Shown here one piece after another: positions 17,822-27,963 of a stretch of DNA of 64,000 bases. The stretch's first letter is position 1, and each line of letters starts with the position of its first letter. The position numbers were made by a program, and so were the translations under genes. The notes under the pieces are model-generated. The model saw only the letters and a program-made list of their open reading frames with translations, was not told the DNA's origin and did not search any database. This stretch comes from a candidate division WOR-3 bacterium (lineage in GTDB: Bacteria > Hydrothermota > Tepidihabitantia > SM23-42), in NCBI GenBank assembly GCA_011052815.1, contig DRIG01000092.1, positions 1,916 through 65,915 on the forward strand, written 5' to 3'.

Positions 17822-18625
17822 CTATTTGAATATTTCTTTACCCTTGCCTACAATCTTATTCAACTGCTCCTTGAAGTAATCAGTACTCTCAACAATATGT
17901 TTGGGAATCTGCTGACAGTAATATTCCCAGGATCTTCGGATTTCAGCACCGAGCAGCTGGGCAAGGGTACCCTCACGAAGCCCTTCCTCAACCTTATCCT
18001 GATTATAGAGCACAAGGTCAGAGGCAAGTGCCTTGGCTAATCTTCTCGCCCTTTCATTCCATTTCTTGTCCTCTTCACTCATCTCGGGTTCAGGTTTCGG
18101 AGGAGCGACCTCAGGCGGCGCCTGTGTCTCAGTTACATATTCGGTTGAGGTTATCTCAAGTTTATCAGACGGCGGTGGTTCTTTTGGCACTGACTCAGAA
18201 GGGGCTTCGGGCATCTCTGGTTCTGGCGGCGGTGGTGTCTCAGACGGCGGCTCAGGTACTTCTGGTGCTGGTGCAGGCGGTGCTGTTTCAGCAGGCGGTT
18301 CAGGCACTTGTGGCTCTGGCGGACCCGGTGGTTCAGGAGCAGGTGGCGTAACCTCAGAAGGCGGCTCAGGAATACCGGGTTCTGGTGCTGAAGCCGGCTC
18401 TGCCGGCGGTTCGGGTGTCGGCCCGGCAGCAGGCTGGGGAGCCTCTGCGCCGACAGGTACACCTGGTTCCTCAGGAGGAGATGGTGGTGGAGGCGTTACT
18501 GGTTCTTCTTTCTTAATCACGATGATGTGCTGACACTTGTGGCACTTAACCTTTACACCTGAAGGAGGAATCTTACTTTCGTCGACATTATATTTTGCAT
18601 GGCAATTACTGCATTCGATAATCAT
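17822..18625 (-). CDS. MJ0042-type zinc-ribbon protein with Pro-rich linker
   Basis: N-terminal CSNC...CHKC. Long PEPP/PAPE low-complexity stretch. Confidence 0.45.
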   Translation of the reverse strand: MIIECSNCHAKYNVDESKIPPSGVKVKCHKCQHIIVIKKEEPVTPPPPSPPEEPGVPVGAEAPQPAAGPTPEPPAEPASAPEPGIPEPPSEVTPPAPEPPGPPEPQVPEPPAETAPPAPAPEVPEPPSETPPPPEPEMPEAPSESVPKEPPPSDKLEITSTEYVTETQAPPEVAPPKPEPEMSEEDKKWNERARRLAKALASDLVLYNQDKVEEGLREGTLAQLLGAEIRRSWEYYCQQIPKHIVESTDYFKEQLNKIVGKGKEIFK

Positions 18626-19211
18626 TTTTTATCTCCTTATAAATTTTTAAGCACTGGGCTTTAAGGTCTTCCACAGTGCTGTTGTTTTTGATAATGAATC
18701 GTGCCCGCTTACGCATTTCCTTTTCATCTCTCTGACACCCCAGAATCCGCTCAAAAGCATCACGACTGAAACCTCTCTTCAATGACCTTTCTCTCTTAAG
18801 CTCTTTGTCGGCTACAACAAGAACAGAATAATCAACCAGTTGAAGGATCTCCTCCCAGTCGAATAACAACGCCGCATCGATCACAACCACCTCATCATCA
18901 CTCTTTTCCACATACTCAATAATCTTTTTAATCAACAACGGATGGGACAGACTATTTAAATAATCAAGAGCCTTTCTGTCGGAAAAGACAAGTTTCCGAA
19001 GCTTCTTCTTGTCGATCTTATCACCATCCATAATACTACTGCCGAATCTCTTTTCCAGCTCTTCAGTGATATCAGGAAGCACCTGCCAGCCGACTTCGTC
19101 CGCAGAGATATAATCGGCACCAAACTCTTCAAATATCCTGCTGACCGTGGTCTTCCCGGCTCCGATTGTCCCTGTCACACCGATCACGACCTTCTTATTT
19201 CCATTGGGCAT
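18606..19211 (-). CDS. coaE: Dephospho-CoA kinase
   Basis: VIGVTGTIGAGKTTV P-loop and CoaE-like length. Confidence 0.7.
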   Translation of the reverse strand: MPNGNKKVVIGVTGTIGAGKTTVSRIFEEFGADYISADEVGWQVLPDITEELEKRFGSSIMDGDKIDKKKLRKLVFSDRKALDYLNSLSHPLLIKKIIEYVEKSDDEVVVIDAALLFDWEEILQLVDYSVLVVADKELKRERSLKRGFSRDAFERILGCQRDEKEMRKRARFIIKNNSTVEDLKAQCLKIYKEIKNDYRMQ

Positions 19212-19217
19212 TCTTTT

Positions 19218-20459
19218 CTACTTCGAAAAACGCCGAAAACATAACGTTGCATTATGCCCTCCAAAACCGAGTGAATTGGAAAGGGCATATTCGATCTCTA
19301 TCTTCTCGGTGTTGTTACCGACTATATGTAAACCTTCACCCTGTTCAAGCGGCTCTTCAAGGTTTATCGTCGGATGAACCACATTGTCACGTATCGACAG
19401 CAGAGTCACAATCGCCTCAATCGCTCCCGCCGCACCGAGGGTGTGGCCGATCATCGACTTGGTCGCATTGAGCACAAGCTTGCCCGCATGTTCACCGAAC
19501 AGGTCCTTAATCGCCTGGATTTCGAACTGGTCATTGAGCGGAGTAGAGGTACCATGGGTATTGATATAGGAAATATCTTCTTTGCGGCATCCGGCTTCTT
19601 TAATCGCCCGTTCCATTGAACGACGGGCGCCCTCACCTCCAGGCGACGGTGCAGTTATATGATAACCGTCTCCCGTAGCACCGAATCCCACTATCTCACC
19701 GTAGATCTTCGCGCCTCTCTTCTGTGCGAATTCCAGTTCTTCAAGAATCAAGGTAGCCGCACCTTCAGCCATGACAAAACCGTCGCGCGATTTATCAAAA
19801 GGACGTGAAGCCTTTTGCGGTTCGTCGTTTCGACGGGACAAAGCACGCATATTACTGAAACCAGCAAGTGCAAAAGGAGTCACCGGTGCCTCGGCACCAC
19901 CCGATATAATAACATCGGCGTCACCGTACTTTATCGCCCTGAAAGCGGCGCCAAGGGCATGGGCACCAGAGGCGCAAGCCGAGATTGTAGTATAATTCGG
20001 ACCTTTCAAACCCCAGTGAATCGCCACATAACCAGAGGTCATATCCGGAATCATCATCGGAATGAGAAACGGAGAAACACGCTTGGGTCCGGCCTGGAGA
20101 AACTTTGTGTGCTCTCTTTCCCAGGTGGTAAGCCCGCCGATACCTGAACCGATGATTACGCCGATCTCGGTCTTATCATATTTATCCAGATCGATGCCGG
20201 CATCGTCAATCGCTTCGGCTGTAGCCCAGAGACTCAACTGAACGCAGCGGTCCAGACGTTTTATCGTCTTGGGATCAAACTTCTTTTCCGGTTGAAAATC
20301 CTTCACCTCTCCTGCTATCTTCACCGTATGCTGTGATGTATCAAAAGCCTTAATCAAATCAATACCACTCTTCCCCTGGAGAAGAGCCTCCCACGTTGTC
20401 TTCACATCATCGCCCAACGGTGTAATTGCTCCAATACCTGTTATAACAACTCTCTTCAT
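19218..20459 (-). CDS. fabF: 3-oxoacyl-ACP synthase II
   Basis: [16 protein letters not shown], active-site ACASG and two HxG motifs ([14 protein letters not shown]). Confidence 0.8.
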   Translation of the reverse strand: MKRVVITGIGAITPLGDDVKTTWEALLQGKSGIDLIKAFDTSQHTVKIAGEVKDFQPEKKFDPKTIKRLDRCVQLSLWATAEAIDDAGIDLDKYDKTEIGVIIGSGIGGLTTWEREHTKFLQAGPKRVSPFLIPMMIPDMTSGYVAIHWGLKGPNYTTISACASGAHALGAAFRAIKYGDADVIISGGAEAPVTPFALAGFSNMRALSRRNDEPQKASRPFDKSRDGFVMAEGAATLILEELEFAQKRGAKIYGEIVGFGATGDGYHITAPSPGGEGARRSMERAIKEAGCRKEDISYINTHGTSTPLNDQFEIQAIKDLFGEHAGKLVLNATKSMIGHTLGAAGAIEAIVTLLSIRDNVVHPTINLEEPLEQGEGLHIVGNNTEKIEIEYALSNSLGFGGHNATLCFRRFSK

Positions 20460-20695
20460 TCTGTCTTTACTTTTGCCTCAAGATACTCGACCGCCTTTCC
20501 GACGGTGTCGAGTTTCTGAGCTTCTTCTTCGGAAATTTGAAGATTAAACTTTTCTTCAAACGCCATGATGAGTTCAACAGTATCTAAAGAGTCCGCTCCA
20601 AGATCCTCAATAAACTTAGCTTCCAAAGTAACCTTTTCAGGTGGAACATGGAGTTGTTCCACAATAATGTTCCTTACATCCTCAAAAAGTGCCAT
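20456..20695 (-). CDS. acpP: Acyl carrier protein
   Basis: [17 protein letters not shown] phosphopantetheine site. Confidence 0.8.
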   Translation of the reverse strand: MALFEDVRNIIVEQLHVPPEKVTLEAKFIEDLGADSLDTVELIMAFEEKFNLQISEEEAQKLDTVGKAVEYLEAKVKTE

Positions 20696-20830
20696 TTTGT
20701 TCTCCTTTCATTTCTATTTGACAGTAAAAACAACCCAGCATAGACAATCTTCCCGAACCAACAAAAAGGGATACAAATGTAATCGATTTTTTATAGTTCA
20801 TACTTAAATTCGACGTGCTCCTCTCCTCCA

Positions 20831-21562
20831 TTACATCACCAAACCGCCATCCAAGCATATGACCTGGCCGGTCATATATGACGCCTGCTCTGAAGATAAA
20901 AACAGAGCAAGGGCTGCAACATCTTCAACTTTCCCGAATCTTTTCATCGGGATCGCCTTGAGATAATTTTCCTTCACCTCATCAGGTAATACAGCAGTCA
21001 TACTCGTCTCAATAAAACCCGGGGCAATCGCATTCACCGTGATGCTCCGTGAGGCAAGTTCTTTGGCACACGACTTTGTAAAACCGATAATACCCGCCTT
21101 ACTCGCCGAATAATTCGCCTGTCCGGGATTTCCGATGATACCGGCTATCGAAGCGATATTCACAATTCTGCCGTAGCGCTGTTTGATCATATATTTTATC
21201 ACCGCCCGTGTGACGAGAAAAGTCCCTGTAAGATTGATGTCAATTACACGCTCCCAATCTTCTTTTGTCATTCTCAACAGTAACTTATCATTTGTAATAC
21301 CGGCGTTATTTATCAAAATATCAATCTTTGCATAGTCACTAAAAATCTGGTCCACGGCTTTTTTTATCTCTTCTTCATCAGCAACATCCATCCGATAGAA
21401 CTTCGCATTTCCGCGGAGCGCTTCAGTGATCTTTCTGCCTGTTTCAGCATCGATGTCACACACCGCAACCTTTGCACCTTCTTCGACGAACCTCTTCGCT
21501 ATTCCGGCACCGATACCATTCGCACCGCCGGTAATTACTGCGACCTGATTCTTCAACATCAT
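20831..21562 (-). CDS. fabG: 3-oxoacyl-ACP reductase (short-chain dehydrogenase/reductase family)
   Basis: VITGGANGIG Rossmann motif and YSASKAG catalytic motif. Sits next to the other fab genes. Confidence 0.7.
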   Translation of the reverse strand: MMLKNQVAVITGGANGIGAGIAKRFVEEGAKVAVCDIDAETGRKITEALRGNAKFYRMDVADEEEIKKAVDQIFSDYAKIDILINNAGITNDKLLLRMTKEDWERVIDINLTGTFLVTRAVIKYMIKQRYGRIVNIASIAGIIGNPGQANYSASKAGIIGFTKSCAKELASRSITVNAIAPGFIETSMTAVLPDEVKENYLKAIPMKRFGKVEDVAALALFLSSEQASYMTGQVICLDGGLVM

Positions 21563-21652
21563 TTTAAATGATACTCAAATTTAATTTAATGTCAAGAGGG
21601 GGCGAATTCCACACACCTTTATCTTATGCCAGAACTACGGAAATTTCAGTCC

Positions 21653-23170
21653 TTAACGCCTCACCACTATAAGTTTGTTCCTTAAAACCTCTTCAGACCC
21701 TTTGAAGATACCGAGAAAATAGATGCCGCTTGACAATTCTTCAAGTGAAAGAACTGCAGAATTACTACCCGCCGGATACCTGACTTCTTTCGTGTCGACA
21801 ACCAGCCGTCCGGTTGCATCGTAAAGACGCAGTTTAAGACCGGTGCTCTGCGCTAAGTTGAAGCGGATATTGACCCCTGCATCGGCGGGATTGGGAAAGA
21901 CCGCAAGATTTGACAGAGCGACCGGTTCATCCTTCTCCTGGATACCGAGAATCGCCGCCTTGTAACATAGATAGATATTCATCGGTCTGGTTTCATTACA
22001 ATGGGTTACGATTATACTGGAATCAGTCGCACCCTGCCAGAACGACTCACCGACCTCAGCTGTGAAGGCAAGACACTTCGGTTTTTCGGTCTGTTCTCCA
22101 TACATCCAGTCATCTGAAACTCCGTTGGCATTATAACCGACTGTCTGTCCCGCAGTACCCCAGGTATAATTATTGGGAACGCCGATATATGTGGTCATGG
22201 ACTCCGCCATTACATGGTATGTCGCGGAATCGGGAGCAGGAACCCAATCATTGATATAACCCCACGGCACAATCAGGTAATTTCCATAAGAGTGATAATT
22301 GAGGGCATAGAGAAAAGCAAATGTATCACACAGCACGCGCATCGCCTGTGTTTCAGGTTCAGAAAAAGCCGATGGTCCTCGATATGTCTCACTCGTGGGA
22401 TCAGGGCTCGAACCATTATTGTCATATCCCCACATATAACCGTAATTACGATTCAAATCAACACCGTCGGATTCAGGCTCCATCTGACCGCTGTTGTTGT
22501 TATCACGGCAGTTCTTGCGCCAGCCGTTTCCCCAGGGGTCTTCATAGGTCTCATTGAATACATAACCGTCCGGATTCACACACGGCACAATCCAGACTTC
22601 ATCGGTAGTGACGATCGTCGTCGCCGTATCATTGGTGCCGTAATTATTGACCAACCACTTTATGAAATCTATGCAGGTCGAGGTCCCGATCGGTTCGCGT
22701 GCATGATGAACTCCGGTAATCAGAACCGTCGGTTCGGCTTCGTTCTGGGATGCGTTATCCGAAATCTTCATCGCCCAGATCTCCCGATTCTGCCAGCTCT
22801 GCCCCAGACTCACCTTGTGGGTGATGTTCGGATAATTCGCTGCAATCTGATCGAGTTCCTGAACCATTTCATCGTAGGTATAGTAATAGCCGAAATTCAT
22901 CCTGAGGTGGCCGTAGTTCTCTTCCAAATAGTTGATGATGTCCGGATGAAGAATCTCTATTCCAAACCCCTGGCTTTCCAGTTCATTGACGAGTTTTTCA
23001 TCGAGGAAATATTCAAAATATCCGGCACGGGCGTTGCCGGTCAGAATGTCGTAGTTTTTGTTAAGTAAGATCTCTTTTTCCAGATCACCGTCATAGTAGA
23101 TACGCACCCACATCGTTCTTGCACTGAGAAGCGTACAGAGAAGCATTATTATCAATACACTTCTTTTCAT
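21653..23170 (-). CDS. M14 zinc carboxypeptidase with T9SS C-terminal sorting domain
   Basis: HAREPIG, NRNYG and HSYG motifs. C-terminal LAVFPNPA...GIYFL-type domain. Confidence 0.6.
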   Translation of the reverse strand: MKRSVLIIMLLCTLLSARTMWVRIYYDGDLEKEILLNKNYDILTGNARAGYFEYFLDEKLVNELESQGFGIEILHPDIINYLEENYGHLRMNFGYYYTYDEMVQELDQIAANYPNITHKVSLGQSWQNREIWAMKISDNASQNEAEPTVLITGVHHAREPIGTSTCIDFIKWLVNNYGTNDTATTIVTTDEVWIVPCVNPDGYVFNETYEDPWGNGWRKNCRDNNNSGQMEPESDGVDLNRNYGYMWGYDNNGSSPDPTSETYRGPSAFSEPETQAMRVLCDTFAFLYALNYHSYGNYLIVPWGYINDWVPAPDSATYHVMAESMTTYIGVPNNYTWGTAGQTVGYNANGVSDDWMYGEQTEKPKCLAFTAEVGESFWQGATDSSIIVTHCNETRPMNIYLCYKAAILGIQEKDEPVALSNLAVFPNPADAGVNIRFNLAQSTGLKLRLYDATGRLVVDTKEVRYPAGSNSAVLSLEELSSGIYFLGIFKGSEEVLRNKLIVVRR

Positions 23171-23231
23171 AATACCTCCTTAAATTTATTATAACAGCAC
23201 CAGGGAAAAAGTCAAGCCTCTTATCCAGCCG

Positions 23232-23267
23232 AAAAAAAATGCCCCTGTTTTCAGATGAAACAGGGGC
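23232..23267 (-). terminator. Intrinsic terminator downstream of the IDH gene
   Basis: GCCCCTGTT...AACAGGGGC hairpin followed by a T-run on the minus strand. Confidence 0.55.
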
Positions 23268-23290
23268 ACTCCTTTCCTATTACCCCGAAA

Positions 23291-24508
23291 TCATTCTGCT
23301 GCTTTTTGCTGATATTCCTGCCATCTCTTTTCCAGGCCGGAATCTGCCATAGTCTCCATAATGTAATCACAGTATTCACGTCCCGTGGCACCGGTGTCCC
23401 GACCGGTCATTACAAGTTTCTTTTCATATTGGCCGCAGATGTCCATCGCCATCTCAAGTTTTTTACCTTCCTCAGTATATCCGATATGGTTCAAAAGCAT
23501 GGCACCCGCCCTGATAACACTGCTCGGGTCAGCGTACTTCGTCCTTCCTTCCTTTACCATCCGCGGTGCGCTTCCATGAATCGCTTCGAACATCGCATAC
23601 TGTTTACCGATATTCGCACTGCCTGCCGTGCCCACGCCTCCCTGAAATTCCGCTGCTTCGTCAGTCAAGATATCACCGTAGAGATTGGGCAGCACCAGCA
23701 CCTTGAACTGTGTCCGTCTCTTTACATCAACCAATTTCGCCGTCATGATATCGATGAACCAGTCGTCTGCATTTATATCGGGATACTCCTTTGCAATCTC
23801 ATAGAATGTCTTTAAGAACAGTCCATCGGTCGTCTTTATGACATTCGCCTTGGTCACGGCCGTCACCCTGTCCAGATTGTTCTTCTTTGCGTACTCAAAT
23901 GCGAGGCGGATAATCCTCTCACTGCCGGGCCGGGTGATGACCTTAAAGTCCATGGTCAAATCCGGTGTCACCTCGATTCCAAAAGGACCGAGTGCATAGG
24001 CGCCTTCAGTGTTTTCCCGGAAGAACATCCAGTCGATTCCCTGGGAAGGAACCCGGACCGGTCTGACGTTTGCAAAGAGATCCAATTCTTTTCTTATCGC
24101 AACATTTGCGCTTTCGATATTGGGCCAGGGATCACCCTTTTTCGGTGTTGTGGTCGGTCCTTTCAACAGAATATGGCATTTTTTGATCTCTTCAAGCACG
24201 TCATCCGGCACAGGCTTCATCACTTCGGCTCGTTTCTCAATGGTCAGACCTTCAATGGTCCTGAACTCGATCTTACCCTGCGCAACCTCTTCCTTGAGAA
24301 TCGTCTCAAGCACCCGCTGTGCCTCTGAAGTAATATGGGGACCGATACCGTCACCGCCGATCACGCCGATGATTATCGGCTTCAGCCGGGAGTAATCAAT
24401 CCATTCTTTCTGTAATTTTATCCTCTCAATCCTCTTTAATTGACTTTCGATAAGCTTACCCAAATGTTCTTTTGCTTTATCAACTTCGTTCATCTCATTT
24501 ACCTCCAT
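23291..24508 (-). CDS. Isocitrate/isopropylmalate dehydrogenase family enzyme, probably isocitrate dehydrogenase
   Basis: NVRP and GSAP motifs. Sits with citrate synthase and an aconitase-family pair. Confidence 0.6.
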   Translation of the reverse strand: MEVNEMNEVDKAKEHLGKLIESQLKRIERIKLQKEWIDYSRLKPIIIGVIGGDGIGPHITSEAQRVLETILKEEVAQGKIEFRTIEGLTIEKRAEVMKPVPDDVLEEIKKCHILLKGPTTTPKKGDPWPNIESANVAIRKELDLFANVRPVRVPSQGIDWMFFRENTEGAYALGPFGIEVTPDLTMDFKVITRPGSERIIRLAFEYAKKNNLDRVTAVTKANVIKTTDGLFLKTFYEIAKEYPDINADDWFIDIMTAKLVDVKRRTQFKVLVLPNLYGDILTDEAAEFQGGVGTAGSANIGKQYAMFEAIHGSAPRMVKEGRTKYADPSSVIRAGAMLLNHIGYTEEGKKLEMAMDICGQYEKKLVMTGRDTGATGREYCDYIMETMADSGLEKRWQEYQQKAAE

Positions 24509-24570
24509 TCATCAGGTTAAATGCGATTAGCTAATTTCTTCAGACCAATGCAAATAATTCTGCGAATTAA

Positions 24571-25110
24571 CTAATCCAGTTTAAAATCTCCATGCTTTTG
24601 TATGTGGGCGACAAGTCCGCCGTCGTTCAAAATATTCAACATCGCCTTGGGCAGCGGATGAGCCTTCAATTCAATCCCTTTTGTCCTGTTCTTGATACTT
24701 CCGGAAGCAAGATCTATTTCCAGTTCATCACCTTCATCGATCTTGTCGGTATCGCATTCCAGAAGGGGCAGCCCGACGTTTATCGCATTGCGGTAAAAAA
24801 TACGGGCGAATGATTTCGCCAGTACCGCGGAAACACCGGCGAGTTTGATGATCGTCGGTGCATGTTCACGGGAACTGCCGAGTCCGAAGTTGTTTCCCGC
24901 TACGACGAAATCGCCTTTGGACATTTTTGAAGCAAAATTCGGGTCTGCATCTTCAAGTACATGTTTTGCCAGTTCCGGAAGATTGGAACGGAGATGGAAA
25001 TATCGCCCAGGACAGATCAAATCCGTGGAGATGCTGTCGCCGAACTTCCAGACCTTTCCTTTAAGCACCATCCTGTCCTCCTTGCTCGCGGAACAACTAC
25101 CCTTTGGCAA
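24571..25110 (-). CDS. Aconitase-family small subunit (LeuD-like)
   Basis: GNNFGLGSSREHAP motif. Confidence 0.6.
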   Translation of the reverse strand: MPKGSCSASKEDRMVLKGKVWKFGDSISTDLICPGRYFHLRSNLPELAKHVLEDADPNFASKMSKGDFVVAGNNFGLGSSREHAPTIIKLAGVSAVLAKSFARIFYRNAINVGLPLLECDTDKIDEGDELEIDLASGSIKNRTKGIELKAHPLPKAMLNILNDGGLVAHIQKHGDFKLD

Positions 25111-26377
25111 CTTCCTGCTTCACCCACTCGGTCGTTACCGACTTCGGTCTTTCAATCGCTTCACCGAGGGCACGACTGACGATAAGTTGCGCACACATAC
25201 CGAGCGCCCTCGAGACACCGAAGAGCACTGTGTAGTACTCAAATTCAGTGACACCGAAGTGGTACAGAAGACAGCCCGACGCGGCATCGACATTGGGCCA
25301 GGGGTCTTTCGCCTTACCGTGCTCTTTCAAAACACCGGGGATGACATTGAATACCCGGTCGACGATCTTAAAGAGTTCATCATCAGGACAGACCTTCTTT
25401 CCGAATTCATGGAATGCCGCAAAACGGGGATCAGTAACACGCAAGACAGCGTGGCCGTATCCGGGAATGACCTGGCCTGAGTTAAGGGTATCCCAGGCGA
25501 ACTGCTTCAACTGCTCATCAGTGGGAACTCCGCCGAACTTATCCCGCACCATGATAACCCAGCGCAGACACATCTGATTGGCAAGGCCGTGGAGCGGTCC
25601 GGCAAGACCGTTCAATCCTGCAGAGACCGCATAATAAGCGTCAGAAAGAGCAGAACCGACGCAGTGGCAGGTATGGGCGCTGACATTGCCGCCTTCGTGG
25701 TCTGAATGGAGCACCATATAAAGCCGCATCAAATTCGCAAATTCTCCTGTGGGGTCATCAATGCCGAGCATGCGGGCGTAGTCACCGGCCCAATCAAGCG
25801 AGGGATCCGGATCCAGGCGTGCACCTTTGTTAAAACGCATTCGGTATATGCCGGCGGCAAGGGTCGGCAGTTTAGCGATAAGATTCAAACAGTCTTCAAG
25901 GGTGGGATCCCAGAAATCGGTCTTGGGCATACCGTCTTCATATCTCTTTCTGAAGACCGACTCCTTTTCCATTGCCAGGATGCCGAGGCTGAACATCGCC
26001 ATGGGATGTGAATCTTTCGGCATCGCTTCCAGGGTCTTCCATACATAGTCAGGCACCTGTGCCCGTGCCTTGAGGTCCTTTCTCAAATCCTCCACCGCCT
26101 CTTTGTCCGGCATCTCACCGCTCACCAGAAGGTAAAAGACCGCTTCAGGCAACTCATTCTTCAACTCAGCGATCGGTTTACCCCGAATGATCAATCCTTT
26201 ATCAGGAGGCACCACCGAGGTGTCGCAGATGAGCGCCTTCACACCGCGCATACCGCCGTAAATCTGTTTCACCGTCACTTTGGAAATTTCTTTATCGGCG
26301 TTCGCTTTTACAAAATTTTTGATATCTTCCCGCAGTGCAGGAATCTTCTTTGCTAAAAGTTCTTTTAGTTTAGCCAT
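25097..26377 (-). CDS. gltA: Citrate synthase
   Basis: HSDHEGGNVSAHT and GYGHAVLRVTDPR signatures. Confidence 0.75.
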   Translation of the reverse strand: MAKLKELLAKKIPALREDIKNFVKANADKEISKVTVKQIYGGMRGVKALICDTSVVPPDKGLIIRGKPIAELKNELPEAVFYLLVSGEMPDKEAVEDLRKDLKARAQVPDYVWKTLEAMPKDSHPMAMFSLGILAMEKESVFRKRYEDGMPKTDFWDPTLEDCLNLIAKLPTLAAGIYRMRFNKGARLDPDPSLDWAGDYARMLGIDDPTGEFANLMRLYMVLHSDHEGGNVSAHTCHCVGSALSDAYYAVSAGLNGLAGPLHGLANQMCLRWVIMVRDKFGGVPTDEQLKQFAWDTLNSGQVIPGYGHAVLRVTDPRFAAFHEFGKKVCPDDELFKIVDRVFNVIPGVLKEHGKAKDPWPNVDAASGCLLYHFGVTEFEYYTVLFGVSRALGMCAQLIVSRALGEAIERPKSVTTEWVKQEVAKG

Positions 26378-26424
26378 CTTCTTCTCCTTTCACTCATTCA
26401 ATTTTTTACGATAAAAACAGACCA

Positions 26425-27717
26425 TCAATTTTTTGTTCTTCGTCTCTTTGTCTTGAAAAGTTCTCTCGGGTCGCTGATCCTCCCCTTTATTGCAGAGTAA
26501 GCGACCGTTGCCGGCGATGCCAAGTAAATAAGGCCCTCTGGATTACCCATTCTGCCTTTAAAGTTTCTGTTTGCCGTGGAAATACATACTTCTCCATCAC
26601 CAAGCACGCCCTGGTGTACTCCCACACAGGGACCGCAACCCGGACCCATAATAATCGCACCGGCACGCACAAAGATCTCCAGAAGACCGAGTTTCATCGC
26701 TTCAAGATAGACGTCGCGCGACGCTGGCACCACGATTAAACGTGTATGCGGAGCGCGCTTCTTACCTTTCAATATCTTCGCCGCAACTTTCAAATCTTCA
26801 ATACGACCGTTGGTGCAGGTACCGATAAACGCCTGATCAACTTTGATCTTCTTCACCTTTGTTATCGGCCTGGTATTATCAACGGTATGGGGAAAGGCGA
26901 TCTGCGGCACGATCCTGGCGGCGTCGATCTTAATCACCCTTTCATATCTGGCGTCTTTATCAGGAAAGAGCGGCTTCCAGTCCTTCACCCTGCCGCGCGC
27001 CTTCAGATAATCCCGTGTCTTTTTATCCGAAGCGATCAAACCAACCTTAGCTCCTGCTTCCACCGCCATATTGGATAATGTGAACCGGGATTCCATACTC
27101 ATTCTCGAAATGGTCTCACCGCCGAATTCAAGTGCTTTATATGTAGCGCCGTCGGCACCCAGCATACCGATGAGATAAAGGATAAGATCCTTGGCGCCGA
27201 CTCCTGGTTGGAATCTACCGTTCACCTCGATCCTGAATGATTCAGGGACCTTGAACCAGGTCTTCCCCATCGCCATTCCGATTGCGACATCGGTCGATCC
27301 CATTCCCGTAGCAAAAGCACCGAGGGCGCCAGAAGTACAGGTATGAGAATCACCACCGATGACGACATCCCCTGGTTTTACAAAGGTCTCGACCAGTCTC
27401 TGATGAATGACACCGTCGCCCACATCGGAAAGAATCGCACCGGCACTGTTGCTGAATTGACGCAGAAGCATATGGTCGTTGCTCAATTCTTTTCTCGGTG
27501 ACGGCGCCGCATGGTCAAGGAAAAAAAGCGATTTACGTGCCTTCACTTTTTTTATCTTCATCTTCTGGAGCTGTCTTACACCGAGTGGACCGGTACCGTC
27601 CTGAAACGCCGCCACATCAACTCTGGCGATCACAATATCTCCGGCATAAGCGTCCTGTCCACTCCTTGCCGACAGAATCTTCTCTGCTAAGGTCTTCCCC
27701 ATATTGCCTCCAGTCAT
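26425..27717 (-). CDS. Aconitase-family large subunit (LeuC-like, 430 aa)
   Basis: Aconitase-family large-subunit similarity, Cys cluster ligands (CTNG, GPGCGPC). Confidence 0.6.
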   Translation of the reverse strand: MTGGNMGKTLAEKILSARSGQDAYAGDIVIARVDVAAFQDGTGPLGVRQLQKMKIKKVKARKSLFFLDHAAPSPRKELSNDHMLLRQFSNSAGAILSDVGDGVIHQRLVETFVKPGDVVIGGDSHTCTSGALGAFATGMGSTDVAIGMAMGKTWFKVPESFRIEVNGRFQPGVGAKDLILYLIGMLGADGATYKALEFGGETISRMSMESRFTLSNMAVEAGAKVGLIASDKKTRDYLKARGRVKDWKPLFPDKDARYERVIKIDAARIVPQIAFPHTVDNTRPITKVKKIKVDQAFIGTCTNGRIEDLKVAAKILKGKKRAPHTRLIVVPASRDVYLEAMKLGLLEIFVRAGAIIMGPGCGPCVGVHQGVLGDGEVCISTANRNFKGRMGNPEGLIYLASPATVAYSAIKGRISDPRELFKTKRRRTKN

Positions 27718-27963
27718 TAATCAGACCACCTCAATTTTATCACCAAAGAGACTTAAATGTATCACCAATTATTGTAAAAAGCCTGGAACTTAAGCATCAC
27801 ACTGAGCTTAGATCCAAATTATCATTAAACTGAAACTACCAACCACCCTAAGTACTTTATAGATGAATTATTATATCCAGAATCGAAATAAAGTCAATAC
27901 AAAATTTCCCTTTGCTTTTAAAGAAACACTTGAATTTTATTGAATTTTATCTTATAATTTCTT

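Noticed and set aside
18033-18533. Gly/Ser-rich 166-aa and 107-aa plus-strand ORFs
   Set aside because: Mirror image of the Pro-rich low-complexity linker of the minus-strand zinc-ribbon gene (CCN codons read antisense as GGN).
22214-23068. 284-aa plus-strand ORF
   Set aside because: Lies entirely inside the M14 carboxypeptidase gene on the opposite strand and has no motifs. Long antisense ORFs are common at ~50% GC.
24845-26048. Plus-strand ORFs antisense to LeuD-like and citrate synthase genes
   Set aside because: They overlap well-supported conserved genes and have no supporting motifs.
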